This document shows, in pieces, positions 12,431-26,600 of a DNA stretch of 49,651 bases. The first letter of the stretch is position 1; each line of letters opens with the position of its first letter. The position numbers were made by a program, and so were the translations under genes. Under the pieces are notes generated by a model. The model was given only the letters and a program-made list of their open reading frames with translations, searched no databases and had not been told where the DNA came from. The stretch comes from Gnetum montanum (taxonomy: Eukaryota > Plantae > Gnetophyta), in NCBI GenBank assembly GCA_015680685.1, contig MNCI01000449.1:119577-169227 (forward strand), written 5' to 3'.

Positions 12431-14299
12431 GATGCATCAATTTTGTCCTAAAGAAACCAATATGTAAAATGTATACTAATTTCATAACTACAAATAAGAA
12501 TTAAGAACTTAAATCAATTGCATGCATGCATTGATTCGAGGTCCTTACAATAAAGGAGTTCTTGGTGACTTATAAATAAGTTACATAGAATAATAAAAAA
12601 GGAGTTGTATAGGTTTAAAACATTTTTTTTCTCATCAAGAGAAAAAAAATTACACAATTCAAGCAAAGTCGATGACATTTAATTGGGAAATTCATAAGAC
12701 ATTCTTAAGAAAGCAAAACTTGAAATTCAATTCATTATTTAATTGTATATTATTAAAAATTCTCTTTATTGGAGAGAGATTCTAAAAGTTCCATTACATA
12801 GATTACCATTATAGGGAGCATAAGAAGTGTACTAAAAATAATCCAAACTTGCAACCTCTTACCACCAATAAGGTAACCACTATAACTTGAGGTAACCACT
12901 TTGGCCACTTATCATTGTAACCACTTCAACTTTAGCCATTATCACTCGCTTCAATAACATTAAAGGATATAAGACAACACAATCACAGTTTGACTAATCC
13001 AGTTTCCACCTCTATATTCCATTTTGCATTACATGAAAACTTCAGTTTGCACTCCACTAAAACCAATCCAATATCCCATTTTGCATTCCACAGAAATCAA
13101 TCAGCATCAAAACTTGAATACTCTTTGATAAGACATATATCTACTTCCCGGAATTCCATTTCACACTCTTTCCAATGTTTTAATATTCTGTTGCATATAA
13201 AACTTTAACACATGAAAATGTACAACAAAAAGCATAATAAAACATCTTTAAACCACTAAAATGCTGATTACCAACCTTTCAAAAATCCAACTTTTAAAAA
13301 TCGTGCTATTTTTGAATATTTTTAAATGTAATAGATATCTGAATTGATTTCAATTAAAAACAAGTTGCACATGCACATTGATTGTTTATCAATAGACAAG
13401 AACTCTTTCAATCAAAAGAGCTTCTTCCTTTTATAAAATTTCTTAGAAATTTGACACAAAGGATGCAAGTCGCTCTCCTAAAAATTGCATGATACTAATT
13501 AACAAAATTTTTCTCATAAATTGAAGGTCAGGTTTAACCTTCAACATGAATTATAACAAACAATGGTAACCTTCAAATGCATTAAAACTAGTGCACGTGT
13601 CCGCATACTTGTTTCATCTAATTATCCAACACTAGCATTTGCGTTTATTAAAACCAGTATTCCCCAAAATATATAATCTTAACACAACTGTGGAGTTGCT
13701 TCCATTTCAAGGATCCTAATAAGATACGGTAGTTCAACATCTCCCAAAGAGCAATTTGTTATCTTCAATTGTCCTAACTACCTCCTACTAAATTACTCCA
13801 GCTCTGAAACACACCGTATCACTTATTTCAATTCAATTGCACGCTTCAAACCATGAAAAACATCCAATTAAAATATGAAAAGTCACAAAATAAAAAGATG
13901 TGTTCTCAAAATGCATTACGAAAATACTTAAAAATTGGCAATAAAAAAATGCCATTAACCGTAACGGTGTTTTCTTAGGCCATGACAAAATGCCATTAAC
14001 CGTATTTTCTCACTACATATATTTGTACAACAAAGGATGACAAAATCAAACAATTATGAAACCATCGAAAGATTATTATCTTGTGCCAAAATTCCATGGG
14101 CAGACACAAATGTAGCAGGTAAAGGGGCACTCATCCATCCAGCATTGGTTTGATCATAAGTGCTGCAAGATTGAACAGCCTTCCCCTAAAAATGTCTCAT
14201 TTGTATCCTCTAAACTTCTAAAGCATTCTGCTACAAATAGCATAGAGGCATTTAATAATAAAGAGGAAAGAGAGAGTTCTATAGATGCAGAGTAGGGCA

Positions 14300-14689
14300 T
14301 TAGAAACGCTTGTACCTTCGTTTCTTCTGCTGCATTCTCCAACAACAAGCCACTACTCCAAACCCACAACTTGCAATTGCTATTGCAACTGCAGCACCAA
14401 TTGGTACTGTGACAGCACTAGTGGGAGAAAGATCTTCCGTTATACGTTGCTTTTGATCAGCATTTTGTTTAACTTGTATTGAATTCTTAAGGCTGGCTCC
14501 ATAGTAATTCATAAGGAACTGGTAAACTTCCGTCTTGTTCCAGAGGGTATCTAAGTTTGTTTCATCATGCTTCTTTCTTGAAGAGTCCCAGCAAGTTAGA
14601 CAAAGGTGTTTTGGTGGCCATATAACTTTTGGAAACTTCGGGTCACCTGTTTTTAATTTGGCCTCCTCGACCATTAATCGTTGATTGAC
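14300..14689 (-). CDS. QSOX: QSOX exon 12 (C-terminal CxxC and TM anchor)
   Basis: VNQRLMVEEAKLKTGDPKFPKVIWPPKHLCLTC...ACCWRMQQKKRRYKRF*; a possible alternative donor lies at 14315. Confidence 0.88.
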   Translation of the reverse strand, partial: VNQRLMVEEAKLKTGDPKFPKVIWPPKHLCLTCWDSSRKKHDETNLDTLWNKTEVYQFLMNYYGASLKNSIQVKQNADQKQRITEDLSPTSAVTVPIGAAVAIAIASCGFGVVACCWRMQQKKRRYKRF

Positions 14690-17600
14690 CTGTAAAAAGA
14701 CAGAATTCATGATCCTTAACAGGCTTTGCCAACTGATTTCATAATAAATCATATGAAATGAACTCACCTTATTATGAGCATTCCATAGCCAAAGAACTAA
14801 GTCACGCTGTGATTTTATAGGCTCCTGGACACTGATAACTGGTTACGCTTAGTTTTCACAACCAAGTTAAAATTAAAATATTGCCAGAAATTTACTATAA
14901 GATTTAATATATGCAAACCTGGAACACATATTTGAGAAATGCTGGCGACATTCTTCACAAACAAAAAACTTTCTCACAAAATCACAAATTGCCACAAATG
15001 TGTTCATGCTCTCACCATCTTCAACTCTCACGGACAATGAATGAAACAAAAGCCATAGGCCACAACTGCACCCAAGTATACTTATCAACATACAGAAAGA
15101 AACAAACATGCTGCTTATAATCCTATAATCAAGTTTGCACCTAAATATCATGCTTTATCTGATATCATGTTACAACCATCGCAATAATTATTTTTAAGCA
15201 AAAACTGTGACTACGACGTATGAACAATGTTGTTCCGCTAAACCAGCCCAAAACTAATTCTTAAATTTAAGATAGTGAAAAGCAAATTTCTAAATTAGAT
15301 AGCATTTTCAAGCATCTGGCTCCGCTTGGCCAGACAATAGGATCCAATTCTGGGAGTACTAATACAAAATTCTACAAAAGTTTGCAGAATTTGACAAAAT
15401 ACATAGCCAGTTCTTTGGCTAGGAAAACATCTACTACTTGGCTGTTTTTTTTCAAGCAATACTTTTTGGAAAATGAAGCAACTGATTTTTTTTTTTAAAG
15501 TCCAGCTTTCTTGCCCTGTCAAATAATAATTTGAAAAAGATTTTTTAAAAAAGAAGAATCCAAAATTCAAAAGAATCCAAAATTCAAAACTTCAAGAAAA
15601 CTAAAAAGTGGGAGCATCATGAGCGTTGGGCGAGTGGAGGACATTGGGAGCGTGGGGCATGTTGGAGGGGGTGTGGCGAGTGTTGGCAATGGCGGAGGGG
15701 TTCTTGCGGACGGCAGGTTGGGTCAGGTATCAAGGGGGAGAGCTCGGAGGGTTGGGGGTTGCTGAGGTGGCAGTGGAAGGTAGCACAGCTGGGAGTGCGA
15801 AGGGACCAGCCAGCAGGGCTATGGTGTCACCTAATGGGGAGGAAGGGACTGAAGCTTGCTCATGGGAGGGCAGCACATGAGACTGAAGATGAGGCATCCA
15901 CTTGTAGAGGGTTTGCATGCTTTGGAGCTTAGCCTGCTTGGCAAGTTTATTTCAGAGGGTGTGCAACCTAAGATGGACCTTATCCAACACTGGGCTTGCA
16001 TAGCCTAGGGATTGGCGAATGTGCAAGTCCGAAGCCTAGCGGATGACAGGCTTTTGTTTGTGTTCCAGTTGGAAGCAGACAGGGAATGAGTACTATTGGG
16101 GGGACCATGGTTTGACAGGGCCCATGGGTTGGCTCTTGCGAGGTGGAGGGTAGGGGTCCACCAAGATGCAAATCTCTTCAATCGGGCACCAATTTGGGTT
16201 TGGATCTTGGATCTGCCTCTGGAGTTTTGGACGTCGGTCTTTCTGAAATCACTAGTTGGATTGTTCAGGGAATTTATAAAGTTCAACACTTTCACTGCCT
16301 CGATGGACAGAATGGGCTATGCTCATTTCTGCATCTGGAGGTCATTGGGGTATGAGGATCGGGTCAGCAAAGTGGTTTTGGACCTAGCCCCGGGAGATGA
16401 AAAGATACAGGTCCAGTGTGAGAATCTACCGACCATTAAGCCAGTGCCAAGAGAGGCATTGTCTGCTAGGTGTGCGATGTATGGAAAGGGGCACTTGACA
16501 GCGGACTGTCAGATCTGACTGAAGGGTCAGCTGCACCAATCACAGGGTGGGTGGAACCTAGTTGGGAGGAAGGGTCAAGTGGTGAAGGCAGCAACTGAGG
16601 CACTGGCATGTCAAGTACATAAAGCTAGACCCCATGTGCCTACCATGGGGGCAACTGTTGGAGGAGAGGGGCAAGGACTTATTGAGAAGGTTGGGAAAAT
16701 GTCGATGGCCTTGGGTTATGATACAAGGGAGTCGAAGTTGTTGGAGGGTGAGAGGTTTAAGACTACAAAGGTGTGACAGGATGAGACGGTAGAGGATATT
16801 TCCACCACATAGTCACCTATACACCGAAGGTCAAGGCTGCAACTTTGACGGAATTGCAAGGTGGTGAGCTCCCTCCATTAGGGGAATGGATTACATTGGG
16901 TTGAGGCTCCTCCCATCCAAAGATGCAAGACATCATTGGGGCCCGACAAGCACTTGCTGAATCAGTGTTGGGGTGGCTATGGTTTCCCCGACAGGAAGTA
17001 AGGTTAGTCAGCCGGATGCACTGGCAGCGAGGAAGAAATTGACGCAATTTGATATTGATCTGGGAGTGCAAAAGGCCCTAAAAAAGATGTATCACAAGCG
17101 AGCATCTGTTTCTCCATGAAGATTCTTTCCTGGAACTACAAGGGGCAAGGTACCCCCTACAAACAAAATACCCTTAAAACAATTGTATGGAATGAGGGAT
17201 GTGACATGGTGTGTTTGCAAGAGACAAAGTTGCAAGCAGCTGAATCAAGATTGTTACAATGGGAGGGCTGGAATTTGTAGGTGGTCCCATGCAAGGACCG
17301 TGCATGGGGACTAGCCATTTTATCCCAGTTTCAGATTATGTCGATTGATGAATCCAAATGGAGTCAGACAATTCATGTGACTCATGAAAACATTTGGCTG
17401 ACAAATGTTTACAGGGCGCAGAATTGGGAGGTGCGGTTGCAAGAATTGAGGTGGGTGGCCCAAGTGGTCCCTGATAAAGAGTGGATCCTAATTGACGATT
17501 TTAACCAAAAATTGTACCCATGGGAGAAAATGGGAGAGGACAACATGAAATTGCCTAGAGGACCAGAACATGCTAAGTTTCTACAGGACCAAAATTTGGT

Positions 17601-20600
17601 GGATATGGATACTGAGGGCTACAAATTTACTTGGAGCAATAGGAGATGGGGGTAAGATCAGGTTCAATCTTGAATCGACCGAGTTTGGGTTAGTATGCGG
17701 TTGTTATTGGTATTCGATATTCAAGTCATGAGAAAGGAATGACATGCTTCGTATCACTGATCCATTCTTTGTCAACTTGGCAGTAGTCAGGGTCAAGCTC
17801 CCAGGTCCTTCCATTTCGAGCGCACATGGCTGGGTAAGCCATGGTTGAGGCCAATGGTTCAAGACATCTAGCAAGGCTAATTAGTGGATCAAGAACCAAG
17901 GGAATTCCTAAAAGAGGGACTAAAGCTATTAAAATAAAGACTAAGAGCTAGAGCTTCAGAGGAGTACGATTTCAAGGCTTATAGGGTGCGGTTGCAAAGT
18001 AGCCTTAGGGAGATACAAACACTGCAAGAAAATGGGGCTGATCTAGCCGATGAGGAGCATGAACTATTGGGAGAGCTGTAGGAGCTAGATCTGGAAGAGG
18101 AGGGCTACTAGCGACAATGGGCTCGTAGTACCTGGTTACACGAGGGAGATTGGAACACGTGCTTTTTCTTCGTTGCGGCCAAAGGATGGGGGGAAACGAA
18201 GAAAAAGCTACAATGGATGTTACATGGGGAGACGGGAGAAGGGGCCAAGTGGGCATCACAAGTAGTTAAGGCAGTGCAGGCTTATTGGGACAATATTTAG
18301 CAAGGTACAGAGATGGCACAGATTTCAACTCCTGTGCGGCAAGCTTTGAATGAGACCGAAAACCAGGCTTTGATGTGGCCTTTTTCTAGACTGGAGCTGG
18401 AAACTACTATGAGGTCATGCAAGCCAATAAGGTGCTAGGGCCGGATGGGTGGCCCATAGAATTTTTTCAGGAATTTGATGACATTTAGGGGGCGAACCTA
18501 TTAGATGAGTTCAACAGTATGTTGCAATGGCAACAGGTTCGCAGGGAGCTCAATTGCTCGCGAATTGTCCTTATTCTGAAGGTGCTGAATCCCACTTCGT
18601 CGGCCCATTTTAGGCCAATCAGGGTTTGTAATACTCTTCTAAGACTTTTCACCAAAATGATTGTTCACCAGTTATCACCATTAATGGAGAATCTGGTGGC
18701 AGAGAACCAGGAAGGGTTTGTCAAAGGCTGTTTCCTGCAGGATCAGGTCTTGCTACTTGAGGAAATTCTACACTTGCTGCAAAGGTCTAGATTTCCTGGG
18801 ATGTGTGTAAAGCTAGATATCACCAAGGCCTACGACACTATAAGCTAGGCGGCTTTGAAAGAGATAATGCTCCATAAAGGGTTCAAGCCCGAATTTGTTA
18901 ATCTCTGCATTTGGCTGCAAAGTTCTGGTCGATATTCTTTTAACATTGATCGGAGATTGTGGGCATTCAAGCCGCCAATAAGAGGCCCGCGGCAAGGAGA
19001 TCCATTGTCACCATTGCTATTTATTTTAGTAATGGACATGTTGCAAAACTATTGCATTGTCGAGGGAATGCAAGGGCTGAACATTGCTGGGGTCCACTAT
19101 CTCACTGCGCATTAGGTGGATGATACAATTCTTTTTTCTATGGCAACCGTTCCCCAACTTGAGGCACTTAAGAGAGCCCTAGAGCGAATGGAGTTGGAGC
19201 TAGGTCTCGAAATCAATAAAGGTAAGTCAACAATACATTTGATTAACACAATGGCACTGGTGGGTGGGAGGATAACGCAAGTGTTGGGAATCTTGCTAGG
19301 CCACATGCATGACTCCTATTTAGGGATGACAGTTTTCAATTAGCACCTTAAGAAAACGTGGATGGGACTAGTTCAAAGACTGTGCGAAGACAGATCATTG
19401 GACCAATGGGTTTCTAACTAGAAAAGGAAAGATGCTACTGGCTTTGACTATGTTGATGGCGATGGCAAGATTCATTGCTTCCAAGGGCAAGGGTGGGGAG
19501 AAACTCCACTTGGTGTGTTGGGAGACAACAGTGAGACCGAAAACAGCCGAGGGAATCAGGCTATTATCATTCCATGACGAGGTTAGGCTAGGCATGTAGT
19601 GCCTTGTGAACAAATTGATCGAACAGGAGGAAGGACAGGTGCCATGGGTGAGGCTGATGTGGTAGAAATATTGTAGGTGGGAAGTGGACACTGGGGGGGT
19701 CACAATTATGGCAAAATATCTACAAGCATGTTAGGGAGATGCAAGTGAAGGAGATGCTAAGTAAACATCCCAAAGAGTTGATCTAGGCAATCCATCCACC
19801 GATTGCTAGTTGGATTGATATTTGCTGATGGCAACTTCCCAAAAAGATTAAGGCCTTCGCGTGGTTAATCGCTCATAAGGCGTTGTCGGTGCGTGAACTT
19901 TTAAGAATGTGGGGGATAAATATTAATACAAATTGCCTGTTTTGTACAGCTAATACCAAAACACAAGATCATTTTTTGTATCACTATCAATTTATGCAAG
20001 ATGTCTAGTGAGCTACTAGGCTTTCGCACTACTAAGGCCGAGCAAAGACTCCAAAGAGCTGGCCATGTTGTGGGCAAAGTGGAAGTGTAGAGATAATTTG
20101 ATTCTTTGTGGGAAAAGGCTACTATCACCGAATTCCACTGCCAACATTGGGTTAAATTTGTGAGTTGAAGCGATGCATAGTATGGGGTAGGTGATGATAT
20201 ACAAGCTGGCAGTCACTGAGTTTAAAGGGAACGAAGAGCTTTAGGAGATGATCATAAGAGCTGGATGGGATGAAATGCTACAGCATATTGAGGGGGAGCT
20301 TGGCCTGCCGAATTAGTCTTTCTTTGATAATTGGGTAGGTGATGAAACTAAGTTTCGTAGAAGATGGATTTTGGTGACAAAAATGACCTTAGCAGAGGTA
20401 ATAGGAATGCCAACAAAGGGGGAAATCATTGCTCCGACACTCCACAATCAAACATATGCTAAAGAGTTTATCCAAGGTGGGTGTGGTTCCTCAAATTGCA
20501 AGTGGGCACATACAAAAGGCAGCGATGTCCTTGGTGTGGCAAAATGCAGCTATCTTGATTGACCGATTTTTCATTTAGCTAAGTTGCCCCCACAAGTTGT

Positions 20601-23600
20601 TGGGAGTCCATTTTGCATTTTTGCAATGACTAAACCATGGGATTAGGGTCAAACATGCCTTGCTTCTTTCTAGACTCTCTAAAACATAAGCGGCCAGGTT
20701 GGCATCCTGGGGTGATTATGGCCCTGTGGCAATCAAGGCTGATTGAAATTCCTGGGCAGCTGAGGTCATGGCTGGTTTATCAAAGGAGGCATGGGCAGGC
20801 TGTCCAGGGAACTCAAACGCTCACTAGCAAGGAACAAGGGGAGGATGGTGAGGTTTTGACAATTAGAGGTACTGGTTGGGAGGCAAGGTGGACCAGGAGG
20901 TAGGTGGAGATTCAATAGGAGGCGGATCTTCAAAGGGCAGTGGACCTACAACAAGTGGGGGATCTTCTTGAGATGCAAAGAGTGGTGTAGCCATGCCAGA
21001 AAAGGCCAGAGGGTGATGCAATGCTGTAGGAATGATGGGAACAGACACGAACTCAGCGTGCAAGTCAGGCCGCAGATGATTCATAGAGGCCTGCATCGGA
21101 GAGATCACGGTGAGGTTCAGGGTAGGGCTGTGGGGTGTTTGGTTTGGGCAACTTTTGGTTGTGCGGTTGGGGTTTTGGTCCTAGGGAAGGATTTGGGGTT
21201 GTGGTATGCTGTGTTTCAATACCTAGAATTTTGAGAGCTAATTGGGGGGTGATCATGCCTAGCTTCAGGCCAGGGTGGATGGCACAAGGGAGGGGAGGAG
21301 GGGGTGGGGGGGAGGAGGGGGCAGAAGAGGTGGGATTTTGTGTGGGGGCGGGCTGATTTTGGGGAGTGATATGTTGGAGGTTGGGAGGGTTCTTTTTAGG
21401 CTTCATGCCCTTGTATATATATATTTTTTAGTTAATATATCTCAACATGTTCTCAAAAAAAAAAAAAAAAAAAAGCTAGCAACCAAACTAATAATCTGAC
21501 ATATTATTGTTTTCTCATTATTCATATTGTTTGAGTATTCTTGAAATTCTCATGGAAGCCTTCCAATTTTGGACGGTGTAAAATTCATTTCAAACTATTG
21601 TTAAGGAACAATATTGAAAGTGATTGAACAGAAATGCAATGCATTGCTGAAATGTAAAAGTAGGGCATAATTAAAGGTTCTCACATTAGATTATGAGATT
21701 CCCAGTATTGATTGAAAATACAGAGATTATAATAAAACAAAATATAAAAATATTTGGCATTAGCAACATGTTAAGGAAGATATGAGAAAAGAAATAAAGT
21801 TCATACATGTCATGTAAAGCTTAAAATGGAATTGATCCACTTGTTCCAAAACAAAAATGCGAACAAAAAATGCAGTCAGAGTACAAGTAGGATATCAGTT
21901 ATATATTAAAAACAGTATGAGAGCCCACAGATTCAACTACAGCATGTACTACGTTCCTGAAGCATTTTAACTACTTGAGCTACAGAAATAGCTTTTTGAT
22001 CAATCACTACATATTTGGTCAACATCATATAAGATGAGTTGGCAGCAAACGTGTCCCAGGAATACTCCAACTAGATCAGTGGTCAAGGAAGTGGAGAAGT
22101 ATTGATAACAAACTCTACAAGTTTACTTTACAGAATGTTGGATTTGCATGACATGAATGTTGGAAGAGAAATTCCTAATTTGTAAGCATGATTTGTGTCA
22201 CTTCCTACGCATTATGATTCGAGATAATTAATTTCATCTTTAGAAGAAAGATTGGAACCCCGAAATATGCTATTATAGACTAAAATTATTTAACGTTAGA
22301 AAACAGGAAGTGGCTTGGTTTCTTTCTATATATGAATAAGACATTGTTCCCAAACAAACATGCATGAACATAAAGACAAACAATTACTAAACAGAAGATG
22401 AAGAAGGATACCTAAATCCCCGAGTTGTATTTCTGCTGCCACGACAAAATACCTGTTACACCACAAGGTTAAAAAAACGGGAAAAAACAATAAACCAAAA
22501 AACAAAACAAAACATTTTCAATGTTACAGTCTATAACTAATTACTTTAGATGAGATGGATTATATTAAAATAAATGCGCTGTCCAAAAAGAAAAACATAA
22601 AAGGCTAGTATGGGTCCAACCTTAGGAATCGATTAGTACATTAAAGGAGGTTATTTTATATTCTGTATTTGTTACTATAATTTTTGATAGCTTCTGCAAT
22701 ACAACTTTGATGCTAGGTCACTTGGATGATTACTACAATCTCAAAACAATTTTGGTTGTATTCCAAATATTATATCACTAATAAAATATTTGTCTCACCT
22801 GTTCATAACAAAGACTAGCATTGCAGAGAGAGATTTCAGCATCTAAATTACTAGTAAGGCAGTTTGCCTCCTGACCAGTCAGTTGTCAATTTAAATACAA
22901 CTCGTACAACGTGAGGGTACAAAAAAATGACATCTTCATATTCACCCCATTTGCTGAAGTAGGAAACTAACTATAGAATACAGTCAATGCCGACAAGAAG
23001 CTACACATGATGATAGTGGAATGAATTCAACAAAAATGATTGCTAGATTCTCGATAAATTTTCCAAGGAATGTATCACCATAGAAAGCACTGGAAGATAC
23101 ACGAGTTTTTTGGCTGACACAATTATTTAACAAAATTTTAAGGAATGGAAAAATGCCCAACAATTGGAGAAAAAAATTTGTTGTTCCCATCTACAAAAAT
23201 AAAGGAGACGTACATAATTGTGCAAACTACAAAGAGATCAAGCTAATGAGCCATACTATGAAGCTTTGGGAGAGAGTTAAAGAGCAGTGTCTCAAACTTG
23301 AATCAACAATATCAGAAAATCAATTTGGATTTTTGCCAAGGAGACTACTATAGAGGCTATTTTTTTGATACGATAATTGATGGAGAAATTTAAAAAACAT
23401 AGAAAAAATATATATGTGATCTTCATTGACTTGGAAAAAGCATATGATGAGTTTTTAGAGATATTATTTGGTTGGTGGGCCTTACAAAGAAAAAACATCC
23501 CTGATAAATATATTAATGTGATTCAAGACATATATGAAGGGGCTACCACTAAAATTAGAATACCTTGTGGAACAACATTTGATTTTCCAATCTACATCAA

Positions 23601-26600
23601 GGGTTTGCACTTAGCCCGTACTTATTTGTCATTATTATAGATGAATTAGCAAAGCAACTACAAGGTGAAATATCTTGGTATATGCTATTTTCAGATGATA
23701 TTGTGTTGGTGGATATAACTCAATAAAATATTGCTTCTAAAATGGAGAGGTGGAGACATGCTCTAGAATCAAAAGGCTTAAAAATTAGCAAAAATAAGAC
23801 AGAATATATGGAATGCAATTTTAATAACAGTATAAATAGTGGTGAAATAGAAGTGACAATTCAAGGCCAAAAAGTCCTTCACTGCAAACAGTTCCACTAC
23901 ATCGGATCAATCATCCAATCATATGGTGAAATTGATAAAGATATAACAAATAGAATTGAGGTAAGATGGTCAAAATGGAGATAGGCTAATGGTGTTTTAT
24001 GTAATAAAAGAATATCAATAAAACTAAAGGGAAAATTTTACAGAACAGCAATTAGGCTTACAATCTTATATGGTGTTGAATGTTGGGCAATACAAAAGAG
24101 GCATGAACAACAAATCAGTGTGACAGAAATGGGAATGCTTCAATAGATATTGAATGTTACCAGAAGAGATAAACTACATAATACAAACATTAGAGAATGA
24201 CTTGGAGAGGCTTCTATTTCAAATAAGCTACAGAAATGGTGGCTTAGATGGTTTAGACATGTGCAAAAAAGATCAGAAAGTGAGCCTATAAACAAAGGTC
24301 GCTAAATCACTGTTACAAGAAAGCCACCAAAAGGAAAACCAAAGAAAACATGGGAAAAACAATCAAAGATGATTTGAAGAAACTGCAAATAAATAGAGAT
24401 CTAGATCTTCATAGAGGTAAATGGTCAAAAAAAAAAAAAAACTCATGCAACCAACCACATTTTATTGGGACAAGGCCAAGATGATGATGATGATGTATCA
24501 CCATAGAAATGAATGCTACTAACTTGTATGCACCCAATCAACGATTTACATTTTCTACAAGAAATATTGCATATTGTTGAATCCTTGCATTATAGTAGTT
24601 GCAAAGTAGAATTTCAATTCGTCCAAAAAGCATAATGATGTTTTCGTTGCTTGCTTTAAATTTACAAATCTATATTACAAGATGGTTTTGAAATTCCTCA
24701 AGAAATATTGCATTTTGTTGAATCCTTGTATGACACTAGTTGTAAAGTGGAATTTCGGCCTGCCCAAAAAATTTAATAACATTTTCATAGATTGCTTTAC
24801 ATTTACAAATCACTTTCACAGGATGGCTTTAGGATGGGAGGAGAAGTATGCACATAATGAAAAGAATGTTCTGCCAATATCATCATCATTCTTGCATTGC
24901 CCTAACTACATAGGGTCAGCTACGTGAATCCTTTTCTAGAATTCACTTCTATTAAGAGCCAAATTAGCATCAATACTCAAATCTTAGAGATCTTCCTTTA
25001 TTCCTACAAACCAAGTATTCTTTTGGTCTACCTCTTTGTTGTATCATCCATAGCTTACATTTTTTTCTTTTTTTGGTACAAGACATTTTGAATCATACTA
25101 GATTCATTTTTAGTTGCAATTGATTTCTCAAGGGTTGGAGAGAGAATAAATAACATTACAGTTAATGGCCAATTGAGGTGTAGCAAAGGCTAGTTTTTAA
25201 AGATACAACTAGTTGTAGTAAAAAGAAGAAAAAAAAGAAAAAAATGTAAAGATATAATGACTACAATAAAAACAACTGATTGTAGAAAAAAGGAAAAAGT
25301 TAAGAACGAACGAAGGGCAAAAAATAAAATTTAAGAGATATAACAGCTAAAATAAAAATGGCTACCTCTTTGTTGTTTCCCAACTTTAATAAAGTGTCCT
25401 CTAACATGTGCACTCTCCAGTTTTCTCAGCACATGACCAAACCATTTGAAATTACTATCCTTAATATTCTCATCTATGGGTGCTACCCCAAACTTTCCCT
25501 AATAAGAGAATTAATTTGATCTTTCCTAGTTGCATCCAACATCCACCTTAGCATACACATCTCTACCACAAGCACACATTGAGCTTGATAAACATCCACT
25601 TTAGCACATGCATCTCTACCACATGCACACATTGAGACTAATGCTTTTGATAAGCCAAGAATCCACACCATGAAAAATCATAGTTCTAGTAGCAATTTCG
25701 TAGAACTTCTCCTTAAGCATAGTAGGGATTCTTCTATCACAAACTACATTAGTAACTTCTTGCCATTTCATCTATCCTACTTCAATTTTGTTTAGCATAT
25801 GCATCTCTACCACATGCACACATAAAACCTAATGCTTTTTGATAAGCCAAAAATCCACACCATGAAAGATCACGAGTCTAGTAGTAATTTTGTATACCTT
25901 CTCCTTCAACATAGCAAGAATTCTTCTATCACAAAACACATTACTAAGTTCTTGTAATTTCATCTATCATGCTTCAATTCTGTTTATCACATGATTGTTA
26001 ATATCACTATCCATTTGAACAAGTTATCCCAAGTATCAAAATTGCTTGCTTTGTATAACATTTTGGTGTTGAATTCTAATTTTTATATCTTCATTACTCA
26101 CTTTTAAACTAGAAATGCACTTCTTGCATTCTGTTTTACTTCTGCTAATCCTCAACCCCTTTAATTCTAGAGTAATTCTCCAAGTTTACACTTTTTTAGT
26201 CAAGGCTTCCTTCAATTTATCCACCAATACAATATCATATCATCTACAAAGAGACTACACCACAGGATATGATATTGTAGTTTGTTAGTTAGTTTATACA
26301 TGCTAATGACAAACAAATAAGGGCTTAGAACATATCCTTGATATATCCCTACCTTCACAAGAAAGTCCATAGTCTCTCCACATTTGGTGTTACCTCAAGT
26401 TGCGGCTCCATCAAACATATCTTCAATAGCTTTTATGTACCAAATAAGAATATCCTTGCTCATGCCCACCAAATAATCTCTTAGAAAATCTATTATAACC
26501 TCTCTGAAAATTAATGAAAATCATATGCACAGTCTACTTTTTAAACCTGAATTTCTCCACCAGTTGCATGAACATGAAATAGCTTCCATAGTTAAGAGTT

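Noticed and set aside
21065-21499. Pro-rich and Gly-rich ORFs on both strands
   Set aside because: By-products of the G-rich LINE 3'UTR; no recognisable domain.
24559-24810. Diverged tandem duplications here (~141 bp) and at ~25600-25985, ~35233-35403, ~48873-49040 and ~11377-11470
   Set aside because: Old two-copy duplications in intronic or TE DNA with no coding or structural signal.
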